Source: Demequinaceae bacterium
Lineage (GTDB): Bacteria > Actinomycetota > Actinomycetes > Actinomycetales > JAJYRW01
DNA length: 64,000 bases
Assembly (NCBI GenBank): GCA_027322505.1
Contig: DAHVRJ010000136.1
Span: forward strand, 8,935-72,934
Direction: 5' to 3'
The notes beneath the pieces are model-generated. The model was given only the letters and a program-made list of their open reading frames with translations. It was not told where the DNA came from and searched no databases. Shown here in pieces: positions 6,822-15,825 of this stretch (positions are counted from its first letter, which is position 1; the number at the start of each line of letters is the position of its first letter). The position numbers and the translations under genes were made by a program.

Positions 6822-9236
6822 GTGGCTGATTTTGGACGGCGTCGCAGCCTTCTCAATACCGTTCGCCTCGGTCTGCGGCTGGCTCGGGCGGGCGGCAAAG
6901 TGCGCATGGCGCTCGTGGTGGTCGGTGCCATGGTGGGTGCCCTGATGATTCTGATTGCTTTCAGCATTCAGCACGTCGTTGATACGCAGTGGACAGGCAA
7001 TCTGGAGCGCGAGCCTTTCCACGAGGAAGTAGCAGCGCCCGAACCTGATGAGTGGATTGAACATGATGATGGCACCACGGAAGTCGTTGAAGAATCCAAA
7101 CCACAGCCCCTTCATGCGGCCGATCCCAATTCCACCCTCCAGCTTGCCCACGGAACCGGCGGAGAACTGGGAGTAACAGATGAGGCGCTTATCCGCTATG
7201 TCTTGGGCGATGGACCCAGCCCTCCGGGAGTAGCTGCGGTTCCCGACCCAAATGAGGCCTACCTGTCCCCCGCGCTGTTGGAGCACGTCGAGCAATCCGC
7301 GAGCGCGCAAGAGAAATTTGCCGGATTTGAACTCCATGAAGTCAGCCGCGAGGGATTGGGCTACCCAAATGAATACGTGGCCTATATCGGCGTTACGGAA
7401 GCCCAGTTCCCTGGAGATGTCGATGTTGAGCCAAGCGTTTTGAGTTGGGGCATCAGCTATGCAGATGAAACGATGCTCTACAACCCGCAGCGGGGCACTG
7501 CCGTTCCGATCTTCGCTTTCATGCTCGCGCCCGCGATCTTGCTGCTGGCAACTACCACGCGGCTGGCCAGTTCGGTGCGCACCGAACGGATGGCGGCACT
7601 GCGTCTGCTGGGCATCAATCGCTTCCGCACTCGGCTTATTGCCGGGATCGAAGCAGCGAGCTTGGCGCTGGCTGGCGTCGCACTTGCCGTCGCGATCTTG
7701 CCGCTGTTGGGGTGGTTAACCGCGGGCCGCCGGCTATTTGGACTGGAATGGTTCGCCGGCGATTTTCACCCGGCTTTGCCCGCGTTTATTGCAACAGTTT
7801 TATTCGTGCCAGTCATTACCGTGCTGACCGCATTCGTGGTGCTCCGCAAGATTTCACACAATCCGCTGCAAGTGCGCCGCAAGGCTGCCAATCCAGCCCC
7901 CTCCTATTGGCGGCTCATCCCGTTAGCGCTGGGCACGGTGGCACTGGTCTTAGTCGTGCGCGGTGATCTTTCCATTGGTGCGGAATTCGATGCGGCAATA
8001 AATGTCTACACGTTTTTAGCTGGCGCAGTTCTGGTTGGCTTTGGAATTTTATTGGCTATACCGGTATTCATTCGGCGCGTGGCTGGTCTTTTAGGCAAAA
8101 ACACTTCAAGCCCCTCAGTCCTGCTCGCCGCACGCCGCACCCAGTATGAGCCCGCGATTTTAAACCGGCTCGTTGGCGGCTTGATTCTGGTTTTATTCAT
8201 CGCCACCGGCGGGCAGGCGGTAATTCTAGCTTTTGAAAAAACACCGCAGTATCAACGCGCAGTGGAGGCCACCTCGGGGGAAAGTACCTATCTTCGCGTC
8301 GATTCCAACGCCATCGACATGTCGGCTGATCCGCTTGAAGTGCCAGAAGATCCCGCCTTGACGACAAAGCAATTAGAAGCCGTGGGGTTAGTAGAAAGCG
8401 TTGTTCCGCTTCGTTTCATTAGAGGAAACGTGGAGTATTCCGATACCGGGGAAATGGATCTGGAAATACTGGTAGCTAGCTGCGCCGAGTTGGCCAGACT
8501 CGGGGACATGCGCGGTGAGTGTTCCGATGATGCAGTTCGAACTTTTGCTGGCCATTACGGCGATCTGGAACACCTGACGGTATTCGCCGACGGCCAAGAA
8601 GTACCGATTCCACCCCACGTAAGTGCCACCGATTTTGCACCTGAAACCGACATCCTTTACTACGATTTGTCACTGCCGCCGTCCCTGCCGGAACTGCAAG
8701 AGGTTGGCCAAATTCCGCCTACAAACTGGCTGGTTGAAGTCCCGGCAAATCAGGAAGCCTGGGCGCAGGTACAACAAGAGATTAACCAAATAGCGCCAGA
8801 GGCTTGGGTTGCTGAGCCACAAACCTACGCCTTAGAAGAAGTTGCCAATGTGCGGATGGGAATCTGGCTCGGAACTGCAGTCGCCGGCAGTATCGCCATC
8901 ATCACGCTGCTCATTACCGCCATCGACAACGGCATCGCGCGGCGACCTCAGATTGCGATGCAGCGGGCATTTGGGGTGTCGCTGCGGCGGGTGCGCCGGT
9001 CACAACTGCTCCAGGCGCTGCTGCCCCTGGTAGTCGGTGTACCTCTTGCGGGAGCCGCAGGCATTTTGGCCGGACAGGCATATACCGCTTTAGACGTTTC
9101 CGGACCAACAAACACCTATTGGGCCGCCGTTGCCGTCACCCTCGGCCTTGCCGTTGGCGCCGCGATCCTGCTCGCACTAGCGACCCTGCCCGCGATTGGC
9201 GGCAAGATTATGCCCCAATCACTGCGCCGCGAATAA
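6822..9236 (+). CDS. ABC transporter permease, FtsX-like family (two FtsX modules)
   Basis: 804 aa with multiple TM segments. Loops MAALRLLGINRFRT and MQRAFGVSLRRVRR are typical of FtsX domains. The GTG start directly follows the ATPase stop. Confidence 0.85.
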   Translation: MADFGRRRSLLNTVRLGLRLARAGGKVRMALVVVGAMVGALMILIAFSIQHVVDTQWTGNLEREPFHEEVAAPEPDEWIEHDDGTTEVVEESKPQPLHAADPNSTLQLAHGTGGELGVTDEALIRYVLGDGPSPPGVAAVPDPNEAYLSPALLEHVEQSASAQEKFAGFELHEVSREGLGYPNEYVAYIGVTEAQFPGDVDVEPSVLSWGISYADETMLYNPQRGTAVPIFAFMLAPAILLLATTTRLASSVRTERMAALRLLGINRFRTRLIAGIEAASLALAGVALAVAILPLLGWLTAGRRLFGLEWFAGDFHPALPAFIATVLFVPVITVLTAFVVLRKISHNPLQVRRKAANPAPSYWRLIPLALGTVALVLVVRGDLSIGAEFDAAINVYTFLAGAVLVGFGILLAIPVFIRRVAGLLGKNTSSPSVLLAARRTQYEPAILNRLVGGLILVLFIATGGQAVILAFEKTPQYQRAVEATSGESTYLRVDSNAIDMSADPLEVPEDPALTTKQLEAVGLVESVVPLRFIRGNVEYSDTGEMDLEILVASCAELARLGDMRGECSDDAVRTFAGHYGDLEHLTVFADGQEVPIPPHVSATDFAPETDILYYDLSLPPSLPELQEVGQIPPTNWLVEVPANQEAWAQVQQEINQIAPEAWVAEPQTYALEEVANVRMGIWLGTAVAGSIAIITLLITAIDNGIARRPQIAMQRAFGVSLRRVRRSQLLQALLPLVVGVPLAGAAGILAGQAYTALDVSGPTNTYWAAVAVTLGLAVGAAILLALATLPAIGGKIMPQSLRRE

Positions 9237-9335
9237 CCCCGCGCCACGGTATGCAAAGTGCGCAATGTCCTTCCAGACGGAATCGGTGTGCCGGGGCTGC
9301 CCGCAATGACCAGGGTCGAACAGTAGGATTAAGTA

Positions 9336-10367
9336 ATGCACTTTTGGGGCCGCGGCCGGTTTTTTCTGATCGTGGTAGCGGCCTTTTTCCTATTCACGGC
9401 ATGTAGCGGTAACGCCACTCCGGCAACTTTCGTATCTAGCTTCACGTCGATAAGCAGCGCTACGTCCACTCCGCGTAACTCCCCCGGCGCAAACTTCGCT
9501 GCGCAGCCACCGGCCACCGGGATCGTGCAGATGTACCGCGAGATCCCGGAGCCAGCTCAGCCTGTGAAACGCGAAGTTCCCCTCCCTAGCCGCAGCGGCC
9601 ATACTGAAACCGTGAACTCGAAGAGTGCAGATTTCGCAGGTACCGACGCCGAACCCGGCAGGGACTTTGCGTCTAAAAGCTCCGTACCCGGCAGGGACTT
9701 TGCGTCTATGGGCTCCGAAGCCGGCAGGGACTTTGCGTCTCAAGGCTCCGAAGCCGTCGACTGCAGCGAAGAAAAGTGCGTTGCGCTCACCTTTGACGAC
9801 GGCCCCGCTCCGACTACAACGCCGAAGTTGCTCGATATTTTGGCTCGCGAAGAGGTTCCGGCCACGTTCTTTGTTTTGGGTTCCCAGGTCGAGAAGTACC
9901 CAGAAATTGTCAAACGTGCCGCGCTAGAAGGCCATGAGATTGGAAACCACACCTGGAAACATGATCGGCTGACTTCGCTGCCATCTAAAGCAGCACGGAA
10001 AGACCTCGATAAGACGAACCGCATGATTGAAAAGGCGTCCGGCACCGCGCCTACGCTGCTGCGCCCTCCTTACGGTTCAACAAACAAAAAAGTTGCCAAA
10101 GTCGCAAAGCAGTCCGGTTTAGCCGTGATTTTATGGGATGTTGATTCCCGTGACTGGGAACACCGCGACCCAAAGAAAACGGTCAAGGAGGCTAACGCCG
10201 CCCAGGATGGCTCAATCATCTTGTTGCACGACATTCACGCCAGCACAATTGGCGCCGTACCGAATGTCATTAAGGCACTTCGGAAACAAGGCTTCAGCTT
10301 CGTAACCGTCTCTGACTTAGTGGCTGGTGCGAAGCCCGGCGAGTCCCACTTCCGCGCCCACCGCTGA
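9336..10367 (+). CDS. Polysaccharide deacetylase (NodB domain) lipoprotein
   Basis: Lipobox FLFTAC. NodB motifs ALTFDDGP, FFVLG, HEIGNHTWKH, LLRPPYG and IILLHD. AGGA RBS. Confidence 0.88.
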   Translation: MHFWGRGRFFLIVVAAFFLFTACSGNATPATFVSSFTSISSATSTPRNSPGANFAAQPPATGIVQMYREIPEPAQPVKREVPLPSRSGHTETVNSKSADFAGTDAEPGRDFASKSSVPGRDFASMGSEAGRDFASQGSEAVDCSEEKCVALTFDDGPAPTTTPKLLDILAREEVPATFFVLGSQVEKYPEIVKRAALEGHEIGNHTWKHDRLTSLPSKAARKDLDKTNRMIEKASGTAPTLLRPPYGSTNKKVAKVAKQSGLAVILWDVDSRDWEHRDPKKTVKEANAAQDGSIILLHDIHASTIGAVPNVIKALRKQGFSFVTVSDLVAGAKPGESHFRAHR

Positions 10368-10369
10368 GG

Positions 10370-10491
10370 TTGGCGGAGTTCTGACGGAACCCCCTAGTTT
10401 TTCCGTTGATAATCGCAGCTTTAAGGCACTCCAGTCACATCAGTATCGTTACGTCACATTTTCGGAAGGGGTTCCGTCAGAACTCCGCCAA
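10370..10491. repeat. 24-bp perfect inverted repeat flanking a 74-bp AT-richer core (MITE/REP-like element or long hairpin)
   Basis: 10370-10393 (TTGGCGGAGTTCTGACGGAACCCC) is the exact reverse complement of 10468-10491. The left arm starts 3 nt after the deacetylase stop. The element sits between convergent genes. Confidence 0.8.
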
Positions 10492-10548
10492 ATTCCGGGT
10501 TGACCCACCTTTGAGATTCTCGAATTGAGACCACTTCCGGTGGTTGAC

Positions 10549-11862
10549 TTATACGTAGCCCTCGTAGGCCGGCAGGTCGAGCACGCCATTTCCGGAAAGC
10601 CCGAACACAACAACTTCGCCGTCTTGGGCATCGCGAGTATAATTGAGCGCTCCCGCCACCGCGTGCGTGGACTCGGGAGCAGGAATAATGCCTTCGGCGC
10701 GGGCGAAAGTGACACCGGCCTGGAAGGCATCGTCCTGCTCGACTGCAATTGCGTCCATCAAACCCAAATTCACCGCATGAGAAACCATGGGCGCCATACC
10801 GTGATAGCGCAATCCTCCCGCGTGAATGGCGGGCGGCACAAAGTCCTTGCCGAGGGTGTGCATCTTCAAAAGCGGAGTTAAGCCCGCCACGTCACCGTGG
10901 TCATAGCGATATTCCCCCTGGGTAAGTGAGGGGCAAGCCGCCGGTTCGCATGCCACGAAGCGCGTCGTAGTCCCCTCGCGCAAATTCTGCCCCAGCGCTG
11001 GGAACGTAAGCCCAGCAAGGTTCGAACCGCCACCGGCGCAACCGAAGATAATGTCGGCCTGTTCTTCCCCGGCCTCCTCCAACTGCGCCAGCATCTCTTG
11101 GCCAATCACCGTTTGGTGCAGCATCACGTGGTTGAGAACACTGCCCAGCGAGTAGTGGGCCTGGGGATCTTTCGCGGCGACCTCGACAGCCTCGGAAATT
11201 GCCATTCCCAGCGATCCGGTGGTGTCCGGGAACTCCTCCAACATGGCGCGTCCGGCTTCGGTTAAATCCGAGGGTGAGGGGTGACAGCTTCCCCCATAGA
11301 CCTCCATTTGATGGCGGCGATACGGCTTGGAATCAAATGAGGTGCGTACCTGCCACACTTCGCATTCCAGCCCGAGCAGCGCGCACGCCATGGCCAGCGA
11401 GGCGCCCCACTGCCCGGCACCGGTCTCAGTTGTGAGCTTGGTGATGCCCGCGGCCGCGTTGTAATAAGCCTGCGCCACTGAGGTGTTCGGTTTATGGGAT
11501 CCAACCGGGCTGACGCCCTCATACTTATAGTAAATCCGCGCTTTAGTGCCGATAGCACGCTCCAAGCGTGAGGCCCGCACAAGCGGGGCGGGGCGCCACA
11601 TGGCGTAAATCTCGCGGACGGTTTGCGGTATTTCGATGTATCTTTCCGTGGCTACTTCCTGCTCAATTAGGGCAGGCGGAAATAGCGGAGCCAAATCATC
11701 AGGAGTAAGAGGCTCTTTCGTGCCGGGATGTAGGTGCGGGGGCACGGGTTCGGGCAGATCGGCTGCCAGGTTATACCAGTGCGTGGGAATCTTTGTCGGA
11801 ACTGGAATTCCAAGTGGTTCGACTCCGCGAAAATGAGGGCTTTGAGCGCCGGTTTCAACCAT
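10549..11862 (-). CDS. TrpB-like PLP-dependent enzyme (tryptophan synthase beta chain type 2, stand-alone)
   Basis: [17 protein letters not shown] (PLP-lysine region), [24 protein letters not shown]. The long N-terminal extension is typical of TrpB2. GAGGA RBS. Confidence 0.9.
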   Translation of the reverse strand: MVETGAQSPHFRGVEPLGIPVPTKIPTHWYNLAADLPEPVPPHLHPGTKEPLTPDDLAPLFPPALIEQEVATERYIEIPQTVREIYAMWRPAPLVRASRLERAIGTKARIYYKYEGVSPVGSHKPNTSVAQAYYNAAAGITKLTTETGAGQWGASLAMACALLGLECEVWQVRTSFDSKPYRRHQMEVYGGSCHPSPSDLTEAGRAMLEEFPDTTGSLGMAISEAVEVAAKDPQAHYSLGSVLNHVMLHQTVIGQEMLAQLEEAGEEQADIIFGCAGGGSNLAGLTFPALGQNLREGTTTRFVACEPAACPSLTQGEYRYDHGDVAGLTPLLKMHTLGKDFVPPAIHAGGLRYHGMAPMVSHAVNLGLMDAIAVEQDDAFQAGVTFARAEGIIPAPESTHAVAGALNYTRDAQDGEVVVFGLSGNGVLDLPAYEGYV

Positions 11863-12150
11863 GACGTCCTCGTCTGCTCGATGGGGTAATTCACCACATA
11901 ATGTAGCGGAGCGGATTTACCACTGGGTTCTGCGCTCGTTTCAATGGGTGACCGCTAGGTGCTGCGTTCGTTTCTAGGGTGATCGCGTTCTTTGGCAGCG
12001 CCGCGTATTTTCTAAATGATCACTTATTTCTAATGCGATCATGAAATAGCGGTGCTAAAGTTTTTCGGTAAGCCACTCGCCCCGGACCCCGGCGACTCAC
12101 AGTTGCTCCAAATTCCTGGCAACACGAATACGGAATAGGAGTGGCACATC

Positions 12151-12579
12151 ATGTCACCGAAAAAGCAGACCCGGCTTTCCGGTAATTTCGTGCGAGCAGT
12201 TGAACAAGAACTGGCAAATCCCGAGCGCGACGCTGTTGCCATCATGTCACTGAACCTGGGATGTCCCCACGATCTTTTTGCCCGCACACAGGCGCATCTG
12301 CTGCGCGAAACCGTCGCCTTATTACCAGCTTTTGCCCCGGCTTTTAAAACCATGGATATCCGCGCTGATCGGATATTTGCATTGACCGCTGGGACCGTGT
12401 CGGAACTGATGGATTTAGTAAACGACACCCACCACAGTCTCATCGTGCTGGAGGTGAAACATCCCGGTCTCGTTAAGTTCTGCATGAGCTTGGCTGTGGC
12501 AAAACCAGGAGATAGCGCGCAAGACCTACTCGAACGGGCACACGACATGCTCGATGCAGCAGTAATGGACTTCTCATGA
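12151..12579 (+). CDS. Hypothetical protein, probable degenerate GGDEF-like domain
   Basis: GGAG RBS, and ATGA overlap with the next gene. The pattern LSGNFVRA...AVAIMSLNLG...HLLRETVALL...DIRADRIFALTAG...FCMSLAVAKPGDSAQDLLERAHDMLDAA follows the GGDEF-fold order, but reads ADRIF where GGDEF is expected. Confidence 0.6.
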   Translation: MSPKKQTRLSGNFVRAVEQELANPERDAVAIMSLNLGCPHDLFARTQAHLLRETVALLPAFAPAFKTMDIRADRIFALTAGTVSELMDLVNDTHHSLIVLEVKHPGLVKFCMSLAVAKPGDSAQDLLERAHDMLDAAVMDFS

Positions 12580-12914
12580 CCGTGCCGGTACCCGGGGGGC
12601 TTGTGCAGGTTTTATGGGATGAAAAACGCACGTTGGTTGCGCTCAGTGGCGAAATCACCGCGGCCATCGCCGCGGAAATACAAGAGGCCGCGGGCATCGC
12701 GCGTTCGCGAAAACAACCCCTGGATATTGATGCACGGCACGTAACGCGTATTGACGCGCCCGGCTTCGCCGGATTAGCAAAACTAGCACTCCATAGATCC
12801 AGCGCCGTGCGTTTGCTGTATCCGTCCCCCGCAATTTGCTTTATTGTGTCTCTAACCGGGCTCGATGATCACGTGGAGATCGTAAGTACGCCGGACCTGA
12901 TTGGCGAGAATTAG
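12576..12914 (+). CDS. STAS domain protein (anti-sigma-factor antagonist-like)
   Basis: TLVALSGEITAAIAAEIQEA...LDIDARHVTRIDAPGFAGLAKL is a STAS pattern. Translationally coupled to its neighbours. Confidence 0.8.
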   Translation: MTVPVPGGLVQVLWDEKRTLVALSGEITAAIAAEIQEAAGIARSRKQPLDIDARHVTRIDAPGFAGLAKLALHRSSAVRLLYPSPAICFIVSLTGLDDHVEIVSTPDLIGEN

Positions 12915-12939
12915 TGCTTGAGAAAAGGAATGATTCCAA

Positions 12940-13647
12940 GTGCCCGACCATTCAAAAGTGTTTACGGCACTGTCGGATTTCATTCGAACGCTCCTGACGC
13001 CTTACGACATCGATCTAGCGCTCAATGATCTAGCGATTCGACTTTGTGAGCTTTTGGAAGTCGAAGGAGCCGGGGTTTCGTTAGCCAAGGATGATCACCT
13101 GCGGCTGGCCACCGCGCTGCCGCCCGACATCACTCCGCTGGAGGAAACGCAGTCTGCGCACCAATCTGGCCCCTGCGTTACAGCGTTTCGCAAGGGGCAA
13201 GCCGTCATGGTCAATGACCTACACGATTCCAAGTGCCGCCAAACCTGGCCGGAATACTGTAAAACGGCTGCGGAGATCGACTATCGCGCAGTAGCGGGCA
13301 TCCCCATGAAAATTGAAGACAATGCTTTTGGTGCTATCAATCTGTATTCCAAGCGCGCCCGCGAATGGGGCGAGCGCGAAATATTCTTAACGCAGACCTT
13401 CGCCGATGCCGCCACTGTCTACCTGCTGAATGCTTCCACCTTCGACCGCGAACGCGTGCTGAACAAGCACCTGCAACACGCGCTCGACTCTCGCGTCCTG
13501 GTGGAACAAGCCAAGGGCATCATTGCCGAAGCGCGCGGCATTACCGTCGATGAGGCCTTTGAACTTATTCGCCGCCAGGCGCGGTCACGCAACGCCTCGT
13601 TACGGTCAGTAGCCGAAGCGATAGTGACGCTGGGATTGCGGCTGTAG
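12940..13647 (+). CDS. GAF and ANTAR domain-containing RNA-binding regulator
   Basis: C-terminal ANTAR motif LDSRVLVEQAKGIIAEARGITVDEAFELIRRQARSRNASLRSVAEAIV. N-terminal GAF-like ...AVAGIPMKIEDNAFGAINLYS. AAGGAA RBS. Confidence 0.88.
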   Translation: MPDHSKVFTALSDFIRTLLTPYDIDLALNDLAIRLCELLEVEGAGVSLAKDDHLRLATALPPDITPLEETQSAHQSGPCVTAFRKGQAVMVNDLHDSKCRQTWPEYCKTAAEIDYRAVAGIPMKIEDNAFGAINLYSKRAREWGEREIFLTQTFADAATVYLLNASTFDRERVLNKHLQHALDSRVLVEQAKGIIAEARGITVDEAFELIRRQARSRNASLRSVAEAIVTLGLRL

Positions 13648-13662
13648 AGATGCCGTCCTTAA

Positions 13663-14283
13663 TTAACCTTTGGCGGTAAACCGCCGGGTCAGGGGCGTCG
13701 TTAGGGGGCTGAGCAGCAGATAGACCGCGACAGTAATACAGATTCCTAAAACCGCGCCGCCTAGCACGTCGTGCGGAAAATGGGCGCCGGTCGCGATGCG
13801 TAATGCTCCGATGGCCAGAGCAGCCAGATAAGCAAGGAGCGCCCAGCGATTCGTAGTAATAATCATGATGCCCGTTGCCACGGCAAAAGCAATCGTGGCG
13901 TGGTTGGAGGGAAAAGACCAGTCCCCCACCGCCGGACAATCATCCAAGATGAGAAGTTCGCGGCAGGGGCGTTCCTGGGTTAAAAAAATCTTGATCGCTT
14001 CGCTCAAAAGATAAGCCGTGATGATGCCGATTCCCGCCATTACTGCCACGATGATGCGCCGGGCCTCCAGTCGGCGAAAACCCCAGGCCACGAGCCCGAA
14101 GGCGGCTATCAGCCCCAGCATCAAGATCTCAGTCAGCCGGCTGGGAACGGGAATGTCGAGTTCGACAATTGACACGTACAGGTCGCCCGATACGCCCTTA
14201 AGAAGCAGCGCGCTGGGCACGAGAATCAGCGCGATGAGAAGCCATATGCCGGCTTTTTGGGCAGAGATGCGGGCTGCGGTCAT
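13663..14283 (-). CDS. PAP2 family lipid phosphate phosphatase
   Basis: The three PAP2 motifs: KIFLTQERP, PSNH and GAHFPHDV. Six TM segments. GGAGG RBS. Confidence 0.85.
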   Translation of the reverse strand: MTAARISAQKAGIWLLIALILVPSALLLKGVSGDLYVSIVELDIPVPSRLTEILMLGLIAAFGLVAWGFRRLEARRIIVAVMAGIGIITAYLLSEAIKIFLTQERPCRELLILDDCPAVGDWSFPSNHATIAFAVATGIMIITTNRWALLAYLAALAIGALRIATGAHFPHDVLGGAVLGICITVAVYLLLSPLTTPLTRRFTAKG

Positions 14284-14333
14284 TTCTGCCGCCTCCTAGA
14301 AACTGGATTGCAGGTTAAGCGATCTGGCCACTG

Positions 14334-15020
14334 TTAACTGTAAAAGAGTGCCATGCATGGCCCGATTACGATGATCCACGCCGCTGCCATGATGATGAGC
14401 ACACCAGTGGCGAAGGGTCGCAATTGCCGGAAAACCATGCCGATAGCCGCGGCTACGGGAACTGCCAAGGTAATGATCAGCGCGACATACCACTTTCCCA
14501 TCATCGCCGCCCAAAACATCAGCCCCACCACGATAGCGGCGAAGATCAGGCCCACTCCGGCCCCGATTCCGACTTTGGCGCCAAAAGACAGGTTCTGCTG
14601 TGGCGGCTGATAAGGACCGTAGGGGTTGGCACCCGGCGGAGCGTATGGGCCGGATGGATATTGCCCTGGGGGCGGCGCGCTCGGTGCGTACGGGCCGGGC
14701 TGCGCTCCAGGTGGATACGGGCCCGGCGAATGTGGCCCCGGCGGCGAGTGAGCACCAGGTGGATACGGGCCCGGCGGCGGCTGTTGATAAGAAGCCGGCG
14801 GCTGCTGCCACCCCGGCGGCGGAGCAGGCTGCTGATGCGGCGGCATTTGATGAGGCGGTTGCGGAGCACCCGGCGCCGGTTCAGGGCTGAGCGGCGGTTC
14901 CCCACCCGGCGCGCTCCAGGCCGTGGGTGGACGCCAGGCTGCAGACTCGCTCGGCGAATCATTTGGCGCGTCAGAGGATGAACCGCTCGGCGAATCGTTG
15001 TTCTCAGGCAGGTTGTTCAC
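14334..15020 (-). CDS. Proline-rich membrane protein
   Basis: About 140 aa of P/Q/G/Y-rich N-terminus (PPPGWQQPPASYQQPPPGPYPPGA...) followed by TM helices. GTG start with AAGGGGG RBS. Overlaps the upstream gene by 17 nt. Confidence 0.7.
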   Translation of the reverse strand: MNNLPENNDSPSGSSSDAPNDSPSESAAWRPPTAWSAPGGEPPLSPEPAPGAPQPPHQMPPHQQPAPPPGWQQPPASYQQPPPGPYPPGAHSPPGPHSPGPYPPGAQPGPYAPSAPPPGQYPSGPYAPPGANPYGPYQPPQQNLSFGAKVGIGAGVGLIFAAIVVGLMFWAAMMGKWYVALIITLAVPVAAAIGMVFRQLRPFATGVLIIMAAAWIIVIGPCMALFYS

Positions 15021-15822
15021 TGGGTGCCCCCTTTGGTGTTGCAGTCGTAGTTAATGCTGTAAATACGCCCCGGCGGGCCTTCCAAATAAGCCGCGCCATG
15101 AGCAGTGGGAACGTCACCATCAAAAACAGTTGGGGCCGGGTAAAACCAAGCCACGCGATGTTATTGCCGCGCACGAACTCGACTCCGAAACGAAACAGCG
15201 CGTAACCGGCAATAAAAAGGGTGAGGGTTTCACCAGCGGCAATGTCGCGGTGTCGAAGCCAAAACCACAGCAGGCCAAAGGCAATGGCATGAAAAATAAT
15301 CTCGTATACGAAGCTGGGGTGCAGGCCGGTATTTGCGGGCGATCCCACCCGCATGGCGGCAGCCGGATCCAACATAATTCCCCAGCCCCCGCCCGTTGGG
15401 GTGCCGGGGCGCTCGGTCAGTAGACAGCCGATCCGCCCGATCACCATCGCCAGTGCCACCGCCGGCGCAAATAAATCACCCGTCCGGTCTGGGTATCGCA
15501 CGATCATCTTGGCCACGTGCACGCCCAGCCAGGCGCCAAACAGCCCGCTCAAAATCGAGGCGTTGCCGGTCATCATCTGTTCGGCAAACGAGGCATTCTT
15601 CGACATATCTAGGTGCTGCAACCACGTGCCAAGACGGGCAAAAATTGCCGCTCCAAGAAGCGCTCCCAACACCACGTAGGCAATGCGATGGTCTTCCACG
15701 CCCCGCCGCCGCTTTTCAATGATGAAAATCAGCCCGCCGGCGCCAACCCCCAGCGCCACAAAAAATGCGTGCGTATCAATCGGCGGCGCCCACTCGATCA
15801 GGTCTTGCAGCGTGGGATACAT
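15004..15822 (-). CDS. Prolipoprotein diacylglyceryl transferase (Lgt) family protein, divergent
   Basis: Lgt-like HPSFVYEIIFHAIAFGLLWF and VIGRIGCLLTERPGTP. The canonical GNF.N.E signature is not conserved. GGAG RBS. Confidence 0.8.
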   Translation of the reverse strand: MYPTLQDLIEWAPPIDTHAFFVALGVGAGGLIFIIEKRRRGVEDHRIAYVVLGALLGAAIFARLGTWLQHLDMSKNASFAEQMMTGNASILSGLFGAWLGVHVAKMIVRYPDRTGDLFAPAVALAMVIGRIGCLLTERPGTPTGGGWGIMLDPAAAMRVGSPANTGLHPSFVYEIIFHAIAFGLLWFWLRHRDIAAGETLTLFIAGYALFRFGVEFVRGNNIAWLGFTRPQLFLMVTFPLLMARLIWKARRGVFTALTTTATPKGAPSEQPA

Positions 15823-15825
15823 GTG

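Noticed and set aside
14296-14981. Several 85- to 185-aa ORFs in other frames and on the other strand across the proline-rich gene.
   Set aside because: CCN/GGN-rich DNA is open in many frames. Only the 14334-15020 minus frame has an RBS, operon-consistent spacing and C-terminal TM helices.
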